The notes under the pieces were generated by a model that had not been told where the DNA came from, searched no databases, and worked only from the letters and a program-made list of their open reading frames with translations. This document shows, one piece after another, positions 1-13,224 of a stretch of DNA of 64,000 nucleotides; the first letter of the stretch is position 1, and the number at the start of each line of letters is the position of its first letter. A program made the translations under genes and the position numbers. This DNA is from Octopus vulgaris (lineage: Eukaryota), in assembly GCA_951406725.2 (NCBI GenBank), contig OX597814.1, positions 186,806,001-186,870,000 on the forward strand, read 5' to 3'.

Positions 1-191
1 CCAGCAATTTTAGGGAAGGGATAAGATGGTTACATCCACCTCAGTATTCAACTGGTATTTATTTTATCAACCCCAAAGGGATGAAAGGCAATATCAACCT
101 TGAAGGAATTTGAACTCAGTACATGATGATGAATAAAATGCCACTAAGTATTTTTGACCAGCATGCTAACAATTCTGCCAGCTCACCACCT
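1..191 (-). mobile_element. tRNA-type SINE (family A), cut by the window edge
   Basis: Minus strand reads GGTGGTGAGCTGGCAGAATTGTTAGC...GAGTTCAAATTCC (pol III A/B-box-like), then GCCTTTCATCCCTTTGGGGTTGATAAAATAA. Related copies at about 14545, 25905, 26040 and 57685. Confidence 0.75.
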
Positions 192-3100
192 ACATAATAA
201 TAATAATAATAAAAAGGTTGGCCAGCAACAAGAAAACTCAACAGCAAATTAGGAAGTGAGAACACCAACAAGTCTTGTGATGGATGAAAGCATCTTCTTT
301 TCTGAAGATTGTCTTGCATAAGATGAAATTTGGTTTGAAGTTGCAAATTGATTTTACTTCATCAGATCTTCAGATAAAACTAAATTCTCTTTTCCATAGA
401 CAAAATCCTTTAAAATAGTGCCTTGAATAAAAGTGAGTTTAATCTGGATGAGTGCTCTTCAGATCCTTTCACAATGATCAAAAGAACTTTTGGCCTTCTT
501 ACTTTAGTACCTAAGGTTACTTTCCAGACATAGAATGTAAAAACAAAGTTGTCACTCTTCGTTCAAATATTTGATGTTTTTTATAAAAGAGATTTTCTTG
601 TTGAGTCTTCTTCATCTTGAGGAACACTATTTCAACAGAAAAATGTAAATGTATTGAAACTGTCTTCAGCTAATCAAATTGAAGTAGCTTTGATAGAAAA
701 TTCAGCTGACTAAACTGGTTTAGTGTGATGGTTAATCATATATTATTCACTGGTTGTTTACAATGTAAGGTAAATTGCACATGTAGACAATGATTATACT
801 AAAATTTGAGTTTTCAAATATTTCATTTACTAGCATCAATATATTTACAAATGCACATTCAAAAAATTAACGGAGCAACATTCAATGGATGTAACAGTTA
901 GGGATCTTCAGTATATATAACTTGCTGGATAATGTTATGAAGTAGTGCAAGTAATTTAAGTCAATGCATATAATTTAAGTGCTTTACTCAACACTACAAC
1001 TTAAGGTTGGTACCTTTTGTTGAGTACAGCATAGACATGTTACATAAGAAAAATGAAAGAGCGGGAGAGACTGACCATCTTGCTGTAAAAAATAAGAGAT
1101 TCCTCTAGGCAGCTTAGTAGCTCTCTAAAATGATATTGAATTTGTCTGATTTTATAGCTGTAAGTCAGCTTCTAGAATTTTCAGCCAAACTGGTTGGTGG
1201 GAAAATTCACTGAGCTACTTCGAAGTTTATTACATCACCAATAAGTCAGCCAGTATTGATTGGTTGAGTCATATTCATGTATGCATTAATACCTTTTAGG
1301 GCAACACTTTTCCTTTTACTGAGATGCATTAATTTGTGATTCTTGATTAGGAAAAACTGACAGCTATGGTTCAAATCTTTGCCAGGGTTTCACTACACAA
1401 GTGAAGAAATATGAGGTCATTGTTTAATGTATTCACTTCAACTGGAAATTCCTCAATGAGAGGATCATCATCTAAGATAGTAATTTAGGTACCTGTGTCA
1501 ATAATATAAGTTTATTGATTTGTAAATAATGCCAGCAATATCAATAAAATTGTTTCACAATAAATAACTAAATGCATTTAAAACAGCTGGATTTCTCTTG
1601 TCAAACAATTCCAACAATTTTGATTTGATATCATAAATTTAAATCATAATACTTGCTTATCCAACAAGTATAGCCAAACTAACCAAGTGTTACGGTTGAA
1701 CATGTCAGATTTAAAGATGGGATAATGCTTTGCTCTATTACTCTAAAATTCTGCTTAAAGAAAATTTGTCAGCATCAATAGAGTTTTATATCCTTCTGGT
1801 GTTGATTTATGGATTAGATATACTTTGAATGGACAAGTGGGCTGTTTCTGGCATATTGAGTTCATGAATCATCATCATCAAATATTAGAGTAACCCAATA
1901 GCAATATCAACAGGACAGGGTTGGTAACTACCCATTCAATACATCAAATCACTTGAGCAATAATTGCTAAAATAGTTAACTTTTGTTGAGTGTAAGATAC
2001 CTTTCATCAGTTGTATGATATTTTTTAGCAAGGATTGATAAACTTATTTTTCTATCCTTCATTAAATCCTCTTTCCATTGAGTGCTTTCTTCTGAAACTC
2101 TTTCATGATTCTAGTATTGATTCTATGCTGCATTGCAGGCATCATATGCTTATAAATTTATCACTCTTTCTTTCCTTCTATTTTTCTCTCTGTATTTATA
2201 TATTACATCTGAGTTATATTTAAGTGTTAATGATTGTGTACTAGCACTAAGAGTTTAACCAGTATGATGAAAAAGACAAGGTCTTGAAAATGGCATCAAT
2301 ATTGATATTACTCCATCCATTACAATTTTCTCAATAGAACACAGCCAGTCACTTGTACCTCTCTAACTTCCTCTCCTTCCTTCTATTGAACTCTCCAAAG
2401 CTTTCTCAATGATAACATCATCAAAGAACAGACAGATCAATGTCTGAAAAAAAAAACAAGCTAAAATATTTCCATTTATTTATTTATTGTAAATGGAGAT
2501 TGAAAGAAAATATCAAAAGTTAACAGAAAGAGGTTGAAGTAAAACTGTAAGAATATAGAGTGTCTATAAAAAGGTAACTGAATAAAGTTATTAAAATGTA
2601 GTATGCATAAAAAGATGGCTGGATGAAGACATTAAAATGTAGTGTATATAAAATAAGACATTAGAATATAGAAAGCCAAAGAAGGAGTTGAAGTAAAAAT
2701 AGATGAAAATGTATGTATAAAAGTGTAGCATAAGAAATATTCCACTGGAAGGAAAAGCATGTATAAAAGAACATTTGAAGATATGGAAATAGAAGTAGGA
2801 AAACCTCATCAGAATTCCATTTTCTAAGTCAAGTAAAATTGTTTTCAAAATGGATGATGGGTGGAGGTGGGGGATATTTTACCACTAAAACAACAATATG
2901 CTCCAACAGTTCAATTCTGATTGCCCTCAGAGAACTGTCATCTCTTGTATTTTTCAGTTACCTCCAATTCTTTTTTCTCATCCACTAACAACATAACATT
3001 CAACATCTAGCATTTTCTCTTCAAACTTTGTTTGATATAAGCCTTTTATTAATAGGATCCCTTTTGGCATCAATAATGATCAAAGGATAAAAGGAATTTT

Positions 3101-4394
3101 AGTATCGCATAAACACAAACTATGCAATCCTTTATTGCAGAAGCTTTCACCAACATCTTCCAAATGAAGAACTTTTGAATATTACTAGTTAAACATCTCT
3201 TTCAAATACCCTGAAATACTATATTCCCCAGATGACTTCAAAAAGATAAAGCTTCATTTTCAATTTCAGTCTCTTTACAAAATATTAATTTATTGAGTGT
3301 ATATACCCAAATCTAGAGCATTACTGTGGAGTGTGGTCATTAGCATCCAAGACCAGTTTCAGAAGGCTATCCAACAGACTGGTAAATGTTTTACAGACTC
3401 TAACACCTGACCTATTTGGCTTTGCTTCTGTTATTATCATTTCCAAATATCTACTTTTTGTAAGTAACATCTTATACCTGTCTAATATACCTTGCAATGC
3501 ATGTATTGTGATTCACACTACATGCAAGCTTTTCTATCATTCAAACTGCAGTAGAACCTTTAGATCCCTTGCAACAAAGTTCTTTACTAAACTTGTGTAA
3601 TTATCCTATCGACCCTTTTGCAACTAAGATGGCTCTACTATCAGTACTCCTGAAAAAAAAGCCTCTACATTTATTAACTGCTTCTCAATCCTTCTAACAG
3701 CAACCTCTCTGACTTTGTGAACTACCAAACTACTACCCTCACTTTCAAAATTCCAAAAAATGATGGAAATAGATGCTAACAATCAGGTAGTTCATTTCCT
3801 TGAACTTCCCTCCCTTATTTAATGACCACAGTATGGATTTTGTAGAGCCAGATCAACCAAAAATTTGTTTTCCTATGTCACTCATTATTCATTCCTCAGC
3901 CTTCAGAATTTTGGTAAAAATAGTACTGTTACATGTAACATCATCAAAGCTGTTGACTATGTCTAGTATGCGAAACATCTAGTTAAGTTGCCTGGGGATT
4001 ATGATCCCAGCCTACCTCTTATTTCTTAATTTGTAAGATTCTTGAGTGGGCAGTTTCTGCACCATTACCACTCAATCTTATCTTGTACCAACCATGTCCA
4101 TTATTACTAACTTATTCTTGCTCTACATTAATGAAATTATTGATGTCATTTCTAACAATATACACTCCTATCAGATGATACTATTTTTGCTCCTTAACTT
4201 TCTTCATACAGATTTCATGAATATATGATAGAAACACTTGGCAACAGGTACATACTGAGTATGGACAGAGATCTTGAGAATACTGCTGAATGGGAAATTA
4301 GTAACTCATCTCTTTCACCAGCACAGACATAATCATTACATGCCTCAAGAAAATAAACCTGTACTTCTTGTAAGTTAATTAGCAAACCCTGAAA

Positions 4395-4563
4395 AGCACC
4401 TAGTACACATTGTAAAGTGATTGGCATTAGGAAGGGTATCCAGTCATAGAAAACATATCAAAACTGACATTGGAGCTCATTGCAGTCTTGCAGCTCACCA
4501 GATCCTGTCAAACCATCCAACCTATGCTAGCATGGAAAACAAAAGCTAAATGATGATGATGAT
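4395..4563 (+). mobile_element. Short retroposon sharing the RTE-associated terminal module
   Basis: AAAAGCACC...TTGGCATTAGGAAGGGTATCCAG...CCATCCAACCTATGCTAGCATGGAAAAC...(TGA)n; same module as 46660-46825 and 49730-49898. Confidence 0.7.
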
Positions 4564-6869
4564 TCACCTCCAGCCATGAACAGCTCAGCTAAAATCCTCA
4601 AAGTCACTACAATGCTTAACCCCTCAATCTCTGATGATATCTTATGGTGATCCCACATTTATTAACTGTGCTCAAACTGCATTACAAAGACTAAGATTGT
4701 TTTTTAAATCCTCAAAGTAACTGAGCAGTTGTTAACAGTAAAGGTCAAATAAGATACACACCAGACTATTGCTTGCATAAATGGGACAATGCTACTGCTA
4801 CATATACATCTTGGATTGCATCTAAAAAAATAACATTTGATTGATTGGCAAAGATTCAATCCTAACACACTTCAATAACTAACTTCTAGACATGAAGCTT
4901 TCTCTGCTTCTTCACTCAACATAATAGCCTAGATGCCTAATCTCTCCACCCAGGCAATTTATCTCTCCTCTATCCATCATCCTTACTGTGACTCACCTCC
5001 CAGACATCACACAATAACTTCAAGCAGTCCTTCTTCCCCAGAATTATGTTAATCTCTCCTGCACATATTTCCCCTACAGATATAGATATATAAAAGTTTA
5101 AACTAACCATTATACAAAGGCTATAAGCATTGCTTTTCTTCCTCTGAATATCTTATTAAACATATATACATACATGTGCATAAGCATGCATGTGTTTGTG
5201 TGTACAATATTTTATATGCATGTTATACACATGTGTAATCATTTACAAAATAAGACAAAATATGCTCATGCATACAACATGCACTCATATACAAAGTACC
5301 ATTTCCAGTGACATAAATTTAAGCAAAGTTTCAAAAGTTTAATAGAAAGGAAATAACTTTTTTCTCTCAAGCTATAATGGAAAAGACTATGTTTAGCTAT
5401 ACTTGTTTAACTGATAAACTGAGCAAATGGAGAGAGAGAAAGAGAGAGAGAGAGGTAGGGCATATGTGCATGTGCACATTTGTATACAAGCATGTGTAGA
5501 CAGTTTGTAAGACTGTGATTAACAGAAAGATAAGACATAAATTAATAGAAACAGCATAGCATTTGATATATTTACATATATACTTATATTTCTATTACTA
5601 AATCATTGGTTATCTTTGAAAATATTAATTAATTTTCCATTTGGTTTCATAAGGAATTTAAGAGCTGAGTTATGCATTCAGATGAATTATCAAAATCTCT
5701 GAAATCCATTTAAATGCTACAGAAGTAACGTTATAAAATAAAGCTGAACAACGAAGGAAGTAATATTTTGATTTATTCATGTTGACCTTGGTGTAAGTAA
5801 AGCACGCAAAATGAAGAGGTGATTCACCCAATAAAACAACACAAATAGTAATAATAATGACGATCATTTATTTTTATATGAATCCATTATGACTTATCAG
5901 AAAAGTCTGAACAAAAATTCAAGGTAAAATAACAGAATAAATTTCATATTGTTAATAGTTAAAAATTATATGTTGTTAATATCATATAACTGGATCTCTT
6001 ATCTAATCATTGAGTAAAATCAACATTACGTATGGTGTTATGCAATAAAATCAATCTTAGGTCTTCCAAAAAAGCCATAAGAAAATTCACTTTTATTTAA
6101 CAGTGTATAACTGAGTTGTCAATGCTGCAATGAAAGTCTAATCTCAGGATTATATAAGCAAGGCTGCTACTCAATTGCAATAATGTATATTTAAACTAGC
6201 AATACATAAAGAAATAAACAAATAAATGGATGTTAATGTTAAATGAAAGAGAAATAGTCAATAGGATGATTTTCTGACAGATATGCTTAAGCAAAGACAT
6301 CTATAGCTAATTTACTAACAACAATGGAAGCATGCACTGAAAAATATGACTGCACCCAAAAGAGGCATAGCTATAGAAAACAAAAGAAAAATCTATTACA
6401 ATTTTATCTCTCTTTATTTTTCTTGCTCTCTCCCTAAGATACTCACACGCAAACACAAAATGAAAAGAGGCAGCAGCATATTTAGAATATTTAGAATATG
6501 CTAAACATGCCAAAATGTATGCACATATACATGTAAAAAGGAAAGCTGCACATACTACACATATGTAAACACCACTGTTATCATTTTAACACCAATACTT
6601 CCACATTTGCATGAGTCAGATAAGACTAAGCTGGGGTAGTGCTTTCTATGGCTGGATGCCCTTTTATTTGAATGAGCCTTTAGTTTACAACTAGCAAACA
6701 CATGAAGACTAAGAGAAGTACAAACTCACTGCTACAAACACACACATGTACACAGACACACATACATATTTCTCACATTCTCTCTTCTCTCCATACACAC
6801 ACAGTTGTGAAGAATGGCTTCCAAATATTGAGCCTAACAGAAAGTGTGACAAAAGATCAACATGCTTAT

Positions 6870-7495
6870 GAAGACCCCATCTAAGTTATGCTGTGGCCCT
6901 AAAGGCATGTTGTTTATGTCTCTGCTCCAGTACACTACCTGTTCCTAATGAATCTCTCTCTCACAACTCATCTTCCTAACACCCCACTCCTTACACCTGA
7001 GTTCATCACCCACATCAGTTCCCCTCCCTTCTATCTCTCACTGTCCTTTCACACTCTCACAAACCTACCTACCAGCCCACACTGCCTCTCTACCACTCCA
7101 CTTATATTCACCTACATGTAACCAGAGGGTATGTCCCATCTTCATCATCATCATCTTTCCCTCTTCTCCCCTCTCTTTTTCCCATCTGGAGTAGACTTTT
7201 GTTTATGTCTGTCTATCATACTTTAACTTCTCTTCACCTGCTCCAAAGCTTCTGCCCTCAAAACTATTCCCCAGTCAGTTTAGGGGTCTTGTCTTGTGAG
7301 TTACTAGATGATTTTGCTGGTGCCATGTAAAAAATAGCCAGTACATTTTGTAAAGTGGTTGGTGCTAAGAAGGGTATCCAACTGTGAAAACCATGCCAAA
7401 GCAGATAGTGAAGCTTGGTGCAGTTTTCTGGCTTGACAGTTTGTCAAACCATTCAATCAATGCCAACATGGAAAACGGACTTCAAATGGTTATCA
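6870..7495 (+). mobile_element. Decayed retroposon: pyrimidine-rich body plus RTE-associated terminal module
   Basis: 7315-7490 matches the terminal module (GGTGCCATGTAAAAAA...GGTTGGTGCTAAGAAGGGTATCC...CATGGAAAACGGAC). The body resembles the reverse complement of about 38600-39080. Confidence 0.5.
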
Positions 7496-7753
7496 TGAGA
7501 TATATATATACACACACACACACATACATACAGAGTGTGGTGAATATATTATTGTATGTGTAATGGTGTGTGTGTGTGTGTGTGTGTGTGCATACATATA
7601 AATGTATGAGACAGACAGACAAAAAACAGGCTTCTGAAGAGCCTTCATCCACCAAATTCACACAAAAACTCAGGGCTAGTAGTAGAAAGCAATTGGCTGA
7701 GGTTCTTTGCAGTGGGGCTGATCCAAAAATTATGTAGTTATAAAGTAGACTGG

Positions 7754-7783
<30 letters not shown>

Positions 7784-7788
<5 letters not shown>

Positions 7789-8146
7789 AAAGTAAGATAG
7801 GGGTTATGGGTATAACCCACTATGGGATATCACCTCTGACGAAGCCTATGGTTCTTTTAACATATAAGTATTATATTTTTTTAAATGCCTACAACCCTAG
7901 TATGTTGACATCTATAGGCAATGAAAATTAGATGCACTTTTGACCATAGGCTGAAACAGCTGTAAGAAGTAATTTCATTCATCTATAATATGACTTTTAA
8001 AATCTGTATTTGTATTATTATCTTATCTATTGATTTATATAATATTTTGTATGCTTTTGATGTTCTCATTTGTAAAATGAATAAATAATCTAACACTATA
8101 ATAAGTTGATGAACAAACTAAATTTGTTTCTCCATTTTCTTATTTG

Positions 8147-8150
<4 letters not shown>
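7784..8150 (+). mobile_element. Penelope-like terminal-repeat (pLTR) relic carrying a hammerhead
   Basis: Discrete insert between two (TA)n tracts, containing the hammerhead motif at 7827-7973. The family assignment is inferred from this architecture. Confidence 0.55.
7827..7973 (+). ncRNA. Type I hammerhead ribozyme motif with a 90-nt insertion in loop II
   Basis: CTGACGA 7836-7842; perfect 10-bp stem II (AGCCTATGGT 7843-7852 / ACCATAGGCT 7943-7952); GAAA 7953-7956; palindromic CAGCTG 7957-7962; GUA triplet. Stem I is decayed. Confidence 0.7.
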
Positions 8151-8187
<37 letters not shown>

Positions 8188-8188
<1 letters not shown>

Positions 8189-8340
8189 TTTATTTAAAGC
8201 AGCAGAAAATTCAACAAAACCTGTTACTTGAGTTTCGCGTTGCCGTTCATCGGACAGTTTTTGCAAAAACTGTCTGATGAACGGCAACGCGAAACTCAGA
8301 GTAACAGGTTTTGTTGAATTTTCTGCTGCTTTAAATAAAG
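8188..8340. repeat. Near-perfect 153-bp palindrome with no spacer (Penelope-type fold-back end)
   Basis: Arms CTTTATTTAAAGCAGCAGAAAATTC... and ...GAATTTTCTGCTGCTTTAAATAAAG, centred on TTTTTGCAAAAA (8258-8269). (TA)n lies directly to the left and after a 70-bp extension on the right. Confidence 0.95.
8270..8307 (+). ncRNA. Minimal type I hammerhead ribozyme motif
   Basis: Stem I CTGT 8270-8273 / ACAG 8304-8307; CTGATGA 8274-8280; A-CG-GCAA-CG-C stem II with GNRA loop; GAAA 8291-8294; CTC-A-GAG; GUA triplet. A mirror copy on the minus strand at 8221-8257 has a CCGATGA core. Confidence 0.75.
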
Positions 8341-8409
8341 CATATTACTCTACCACTGGTATTTGAGTACTCTTTTTTCCACCTTGTTTCACATTTATGT
8401 GTTTACTCC

Positions 8410-8460
<51 letters not shown>

Positions 8461-8599
8461 TTTTTCTTGTTTTCTTTTACACTTGTACCTCTTTCAGCTA
8501 TACTGAAACACTGCCATTAATGCCTCTGTCATTTCCACAGCTTTCAATTTGTCTCTTTTTTATTATTTTGGTTATCCTTATTTGTGCTTCTTGCTATGA

Positions 8600-8830
8600 T
8601 GTAGATCAGTCTAGGATCTCAGATGATTATTTAGGTGTCTCTTAAAATACCCAACTTCTGCTCCATGTCAATTTCTTAAAAGTTTTTGGGTAAAGTATTG
8701 AAGAGTTGTGGTCCTTTGAGCCCTGGGAGTTTTAGTACTGGATCCTGACTTCAGATGGGGAAGATAGCACCTTTGGTATTCTGCAGTGGCATCTAATTCA
8801 AAGATGGAATAGCTTTTAATCCCAAAGTTT
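8600..8830 (-). mobile_element. Old CR1-like LINE 3' fragment
   Basis: Minus strand GGACCACAACTCTTCAATACTTTACCCAAAAAC (GPQLFNTLPK) parallels GPQLFNILPK at about 51070. Confidence 0.55.
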
Positions 8831-9866
8831 GGTGCTAGACCTTCCAGGATCTTTCATATCTATATTACTGTTCAATATTCATGCCTTTGCTCTAGAGAGT
8901 AGAGTCTCACTTATCTCAGCTTCTATCTGGTGCACTTAGGCAACCTTCTGTGTAGCAGCATCATATTACTCCTAGTTCTGTCATTAATGTAGTCACTAAA
9001 AATTATCATCATCATTGTTTAATGATGACTTTGGGAACACAATTTCTTATCCTGTATTGTTCTCAATGAGCTCAGAATCCATCCTTCCAGTTGCCTAAAC
9101 ATAGTAGCCATCTTAGTAATAGGGATTTGGAATGATGTGTCATTATTCATATTGTTTACCAGGTCATGCACTGATTGTGACTTTCGGAACACAATTTCTC
9201 CTTATCCTGTGCATTATGGTTGTAATGAATTTGCGAGGTGACAATACAGTGCTTGTAATTTTCTACCAATGAACTACACGTTTTCTTCATCTCTATTGAC
9301 TACTGCATTCATCTCACTGTGATAATTTTCTATTGTTAGTGTAGCTAATAAAAGTGGTTGTATGACTGAAGCCATATCCAAGAGAGTCATAGCAAACAGC
9401 AATCTCTAAGAGATCCAACTTAAAAATTAATGTCTTCTCTGAAAGAATGCAGTTGACTCCAACAGCTTGGCTTCTACCTTCCAAAAAGTCATGCTGTCAG
9501 TTCCTTAGTTTCCCAACTATGTTGAGATTATGTAGCTTACAACATATTCCCTTATTAACTTTACTGAGGGCATTTACAAAGTGGAGATAAATGACATCTA
9601 TGTTTGAATGACTGAGCTGCTGTTTCAATACTCAGCCATAATACTAAAGTAGCTCTTTTCTGAACAGGAGTCATGCTGCATAATCATTTTCTTCTAGGAC
9701 CAAGTCACTGTCTTCTAGAAATGTGACCAGCTTCCCTCTAACAAATGTATTCCATGATTTTGCTGATGTGAGAGGTTAGAGAGAGAGAGGTCTGTGTTTC
9801 TTAGCATCTGCTCTGCTTCCAGTTTTATAGTGGACTTTTATCATAAGAAATACAGGAGGTATATGG

Positions 9867-11000
9867 CAGTGTTTTCCAACCTGAGGCCACAGTAAAGTTC
9901 AGTGGGGGCCACAGAAAATCTGAAGAATTAGGTGGAGATAGGGAGCATAAGCTCAATGAAAAGGACCACACAACTACCAGTCTGCTTGTTTATAAAATTT
10001 TCTATTACAGTCTGTAATTCTGTAAAATTTACACTAAAAAACATACACAGATATACATACAACCCACTTCTATATCTTAAGTTCCATCAGGACAGTAAAA
10101 TAAAAAAAGATTCATTTCACACTTTGATAATAATTTATCATTGATGAATAAAGTATCAAATTAGCATTGGAAAGTCTTGTGTGAATTAAATATTATGTTA
10201 CTGTTTTAAAGTTCATACACTTCAGGACAATCTCTAAAGGTAATTGCCTGTGTCACTTTGTTAAAGTTTGGAACATTGTTGTAATGTTTCTAAATGGTAA
10301 GCAGCTTGACGAAGAAATCCTAGCTGCCAAATGTGATATATTCTACCTTTCAGATATATTTGAGAAGCTAAATTTTCTAAACAAGCAGCCACAAGATAAA
10401 AATACAAAGCTTTTAATTTGCAAAGAAGCTACTAATGCTTTCCTTGAAAAACTTAATTCAGGATAAATATTGGGTATAAGGAGTTGATGCATTTTTCAAC
10501 CTGTGTTATTATTGAGGAGGAGCCACAAAAGGATGATATTTTAATGTACATTGAGCCCTTGAAGAAATACCACAATGATGTAGAAATTAGGTTTAAAGAT
10601 CTTCTGGAAATTAACATTTCAAGTTGGGTGGGAGACCCATCTGGGTCAAATACAATTGATGTTGATATCAAACTACAAGAAAGCTTTATTAAGTTACTAA
10701 GTAATTAAACTGCTCAATAACTCATGGACAAGTTGTAAAAAGGCTAAAGAATTTGCCGTTGCTTTGGCAGGAACTAAAATCCTTTTTCCTTGCCTTTCCT
10801 AATTCTTACCAAGCAGAGTCAGGTTTTAGTTTGGAGTTTTTCCTTCTATCAAAAGCTCACATTTATCTAGAAAGTCTAAGCAATTGTTTAGAAAGTTCAA
10901 GAAACATGGATCCTGATTTTGAAAAACTTACAAAACTGAATCAGCTACAAAGATCTTACTGAATATGGTAAAAAGGTATTTTACTAAAGGATTTTATTTT
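9867..11000 (+). mobile_element. hAT (Charlie/Buster-like) transposase relic
   Basis: Starts CAGTGTTTTCCAACCT (Charlie-type TIR start). Broken ORFs give FYLSDIFEKLNFLNKQ and FPNSYQAESGFS (hAT C-terminal dimerisation motif). Right end not found. Confidence 0.8.
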
Positions 11001-11589
11001 TATGCTCAAAAAGTAATGATTTTTTAGAAGTTATTAATTTTCTGGATGTCAATAGATGTTTTTGTTATGTGTTTTATATCAGAAAAATGTGATTGTAATT
11101 GTTAATTTTATCGAAAATATTTTTTTCACATGTATATTTATTACACGTTTTTCTTCAAAAACTGTTTTCATCATCATCATCATTTAACAGCCATGTTCCA
11201 TGTTGGCATGGGTCAGATGGCCTGACAGGATCCAGTAGGTTCAAAGATTGCATCATGTTCCGGTATCTACTTTGGCATAATTTCTGTGACTGGATGATCT
11301 TCCTAAGTCAACTAGTTTACAGTGTGTACTGGGTGCTTTTCTCATTCAACCAGCACCAGCAAGGTTACCATGCAATTTACATAATATGAACTCTAATAAG
11401 ACTACTTTACACCAGGAGATGGAGGAGTATAAAGTATGAAAGAAGGAGCTAGAGCAGAACATTAAGGCTTGCAACATCTACAGTATGAATAATACATGAC
11501 AATGGAGAGAAAATTAAGTCAAGTGCTCAACAAGCCATTCTGTTAATTGCACAGTTCATTTGTGCTCAGTAGTTCATGCACACTAGTAC

Positions 11590-12800
11590 TGCGTATCCAG
11601 CAGAGCACGCTTGCCTCATTTCTTTCAAACCTTTGTGTATCCTTTGTATTCAAGGTACATGTCTCACTCATATGCAACATCACACTTCATACACAAGCAT
11701 CATAAAATTGGCCCTTCTCTTTGAAGGAGAAACCTTTCGTTGCCAGCAGTCTTAATAGATCCCTGAACTTATTTTCACCCATATAAACTTCCATTTCCTC
11801 TGCTAATTAGATTCACTAGTTACTAGAAGCTATCAATCACTACTAAAGAGCTGCTTGGCAATTATTTCTAGGAAGTACTCCCACTTGCACCTGCTGCATG
11901 CAAAGTTTATATTCTCTGGTAGCCTACATACAATCCCACTACATTTTTTGTGTGTCCATAGTTTATACTGGGTACATCATATTGAATTCTTATTTATTCC
12001 TTTTCCACATACTGAGTATGGCCATTCTCCAATGGTAGCAAGGTCCTGCTTCCTTTCTTACATATTAATACTTTAGTCTTTGCTAAATTCAGTTTGAGGC
12101 CTCTTGATTTCAGGTTTTGTTTCCATGTCTGGAAGATCTTTTCTAATTTTTTAATTCAGCTAGGTTATCAGCATAGAGAATTCCCCTTGGGCAACCAGTC
12201 TTAAACTCCTTTTATGGTTTGGAGGACTTTAATAAATAGGTGGCAAAGGACAGCCCTGGTGTATCTACCTTCACATTGAATTCATCACTACACTTATCAC
12301 TAACTTTCATCTTTCATACTATACCATTCTAGTAGCTTGTACAGCTCTCACGAGCCTTTCATCTACCACAAACTTCCCCAGTGATCACCAGACCACTCTG
12401 TCAAAGGTTTTCTTTAGGTCAACAAAACAAGGTATGATTTATAGATGACGAGATACTTCTCCTGCATCTGTCTTACTAGGAAGAAGGCATCAGTAGTACT
12501 TCTTGGCACAAAAATCAAACTGTAAGGTGTCTATGTTTAACTTTCTTCTTGATTGTGTCATAACTCTTTCTGTAATTTTTATAACCTGGCCCATCTGTTT
12601 AATACCTCTGTAATTCCCTTTCATAATGCAACATCTTTACCCTAGTAGCAGTTGACAATGATACCACTACACATGTCACTAGATATGACACCCTCCTGTA
12701 CTATCTGAATGACCAGTCCATATCCCATTCAACTAAATATTTTAATCCTCTCAGCAATGATTCCTGATTACAGCTAATTTACATCCACTAGGTAATCTTC
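11590..12800 (-). mobile_element. Old RTE-clade LINE relic
   Basis: Diverged similarity to the RTE copies at 48210 and 56000, e.g. TCAAAGGTTTTCTTTAGGTCAAC (VDLKKTFD) and AGATACTTCTCCTGCATCTGTCTTAC (VRQMQEKYL). Confidence 0.65.
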
Positions 12801-13224
12801 CAATTACTGCTAGGGAGCTGCCTGGGCATTGCACAGAATCTATTTGCAATTGCTCTTATAAATTACTACCATGGCACCTTCTGTATGTGAAGTTTATCTT
12901 CTCTGTTAGTCTACTTGTAATCCCACTACTCTTCTTATGTTCTCCTTAGCACACATGTATACATACACATATATGTGTGCAAACACACAGACATATATAC
13001 ACACACATATGTACAAGCACACATGCACTGACACTTAAGTATGTACACAAACACAGAAAAGTAGACTTGTATCACCATGGGTAACATAAATACACATTGT
13101 AACATTTGTGAAACTAAATCATAGACCTGAAAATATCACTAGGCAATAAGGTACTAAAGCAGGAGTCAGAGATAAGTACTCAGTCTCAACCAAGTAAAAA
13201 GAAAGAACCATGATTATGGTCGTG

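Noticed and set aside
1440-1950. Possible Penelope RT relic on the minus strand
   Set aside because: Only a vague resemblance with many stops; not supportable without a profile search.
3300-5100. Old LINE-like relics (also about 8830-9700, 31570-31950, 38000-38600, 60800-61110)
   Set aside because: Probably real but too decayed to assign boundaries or clade by eye.
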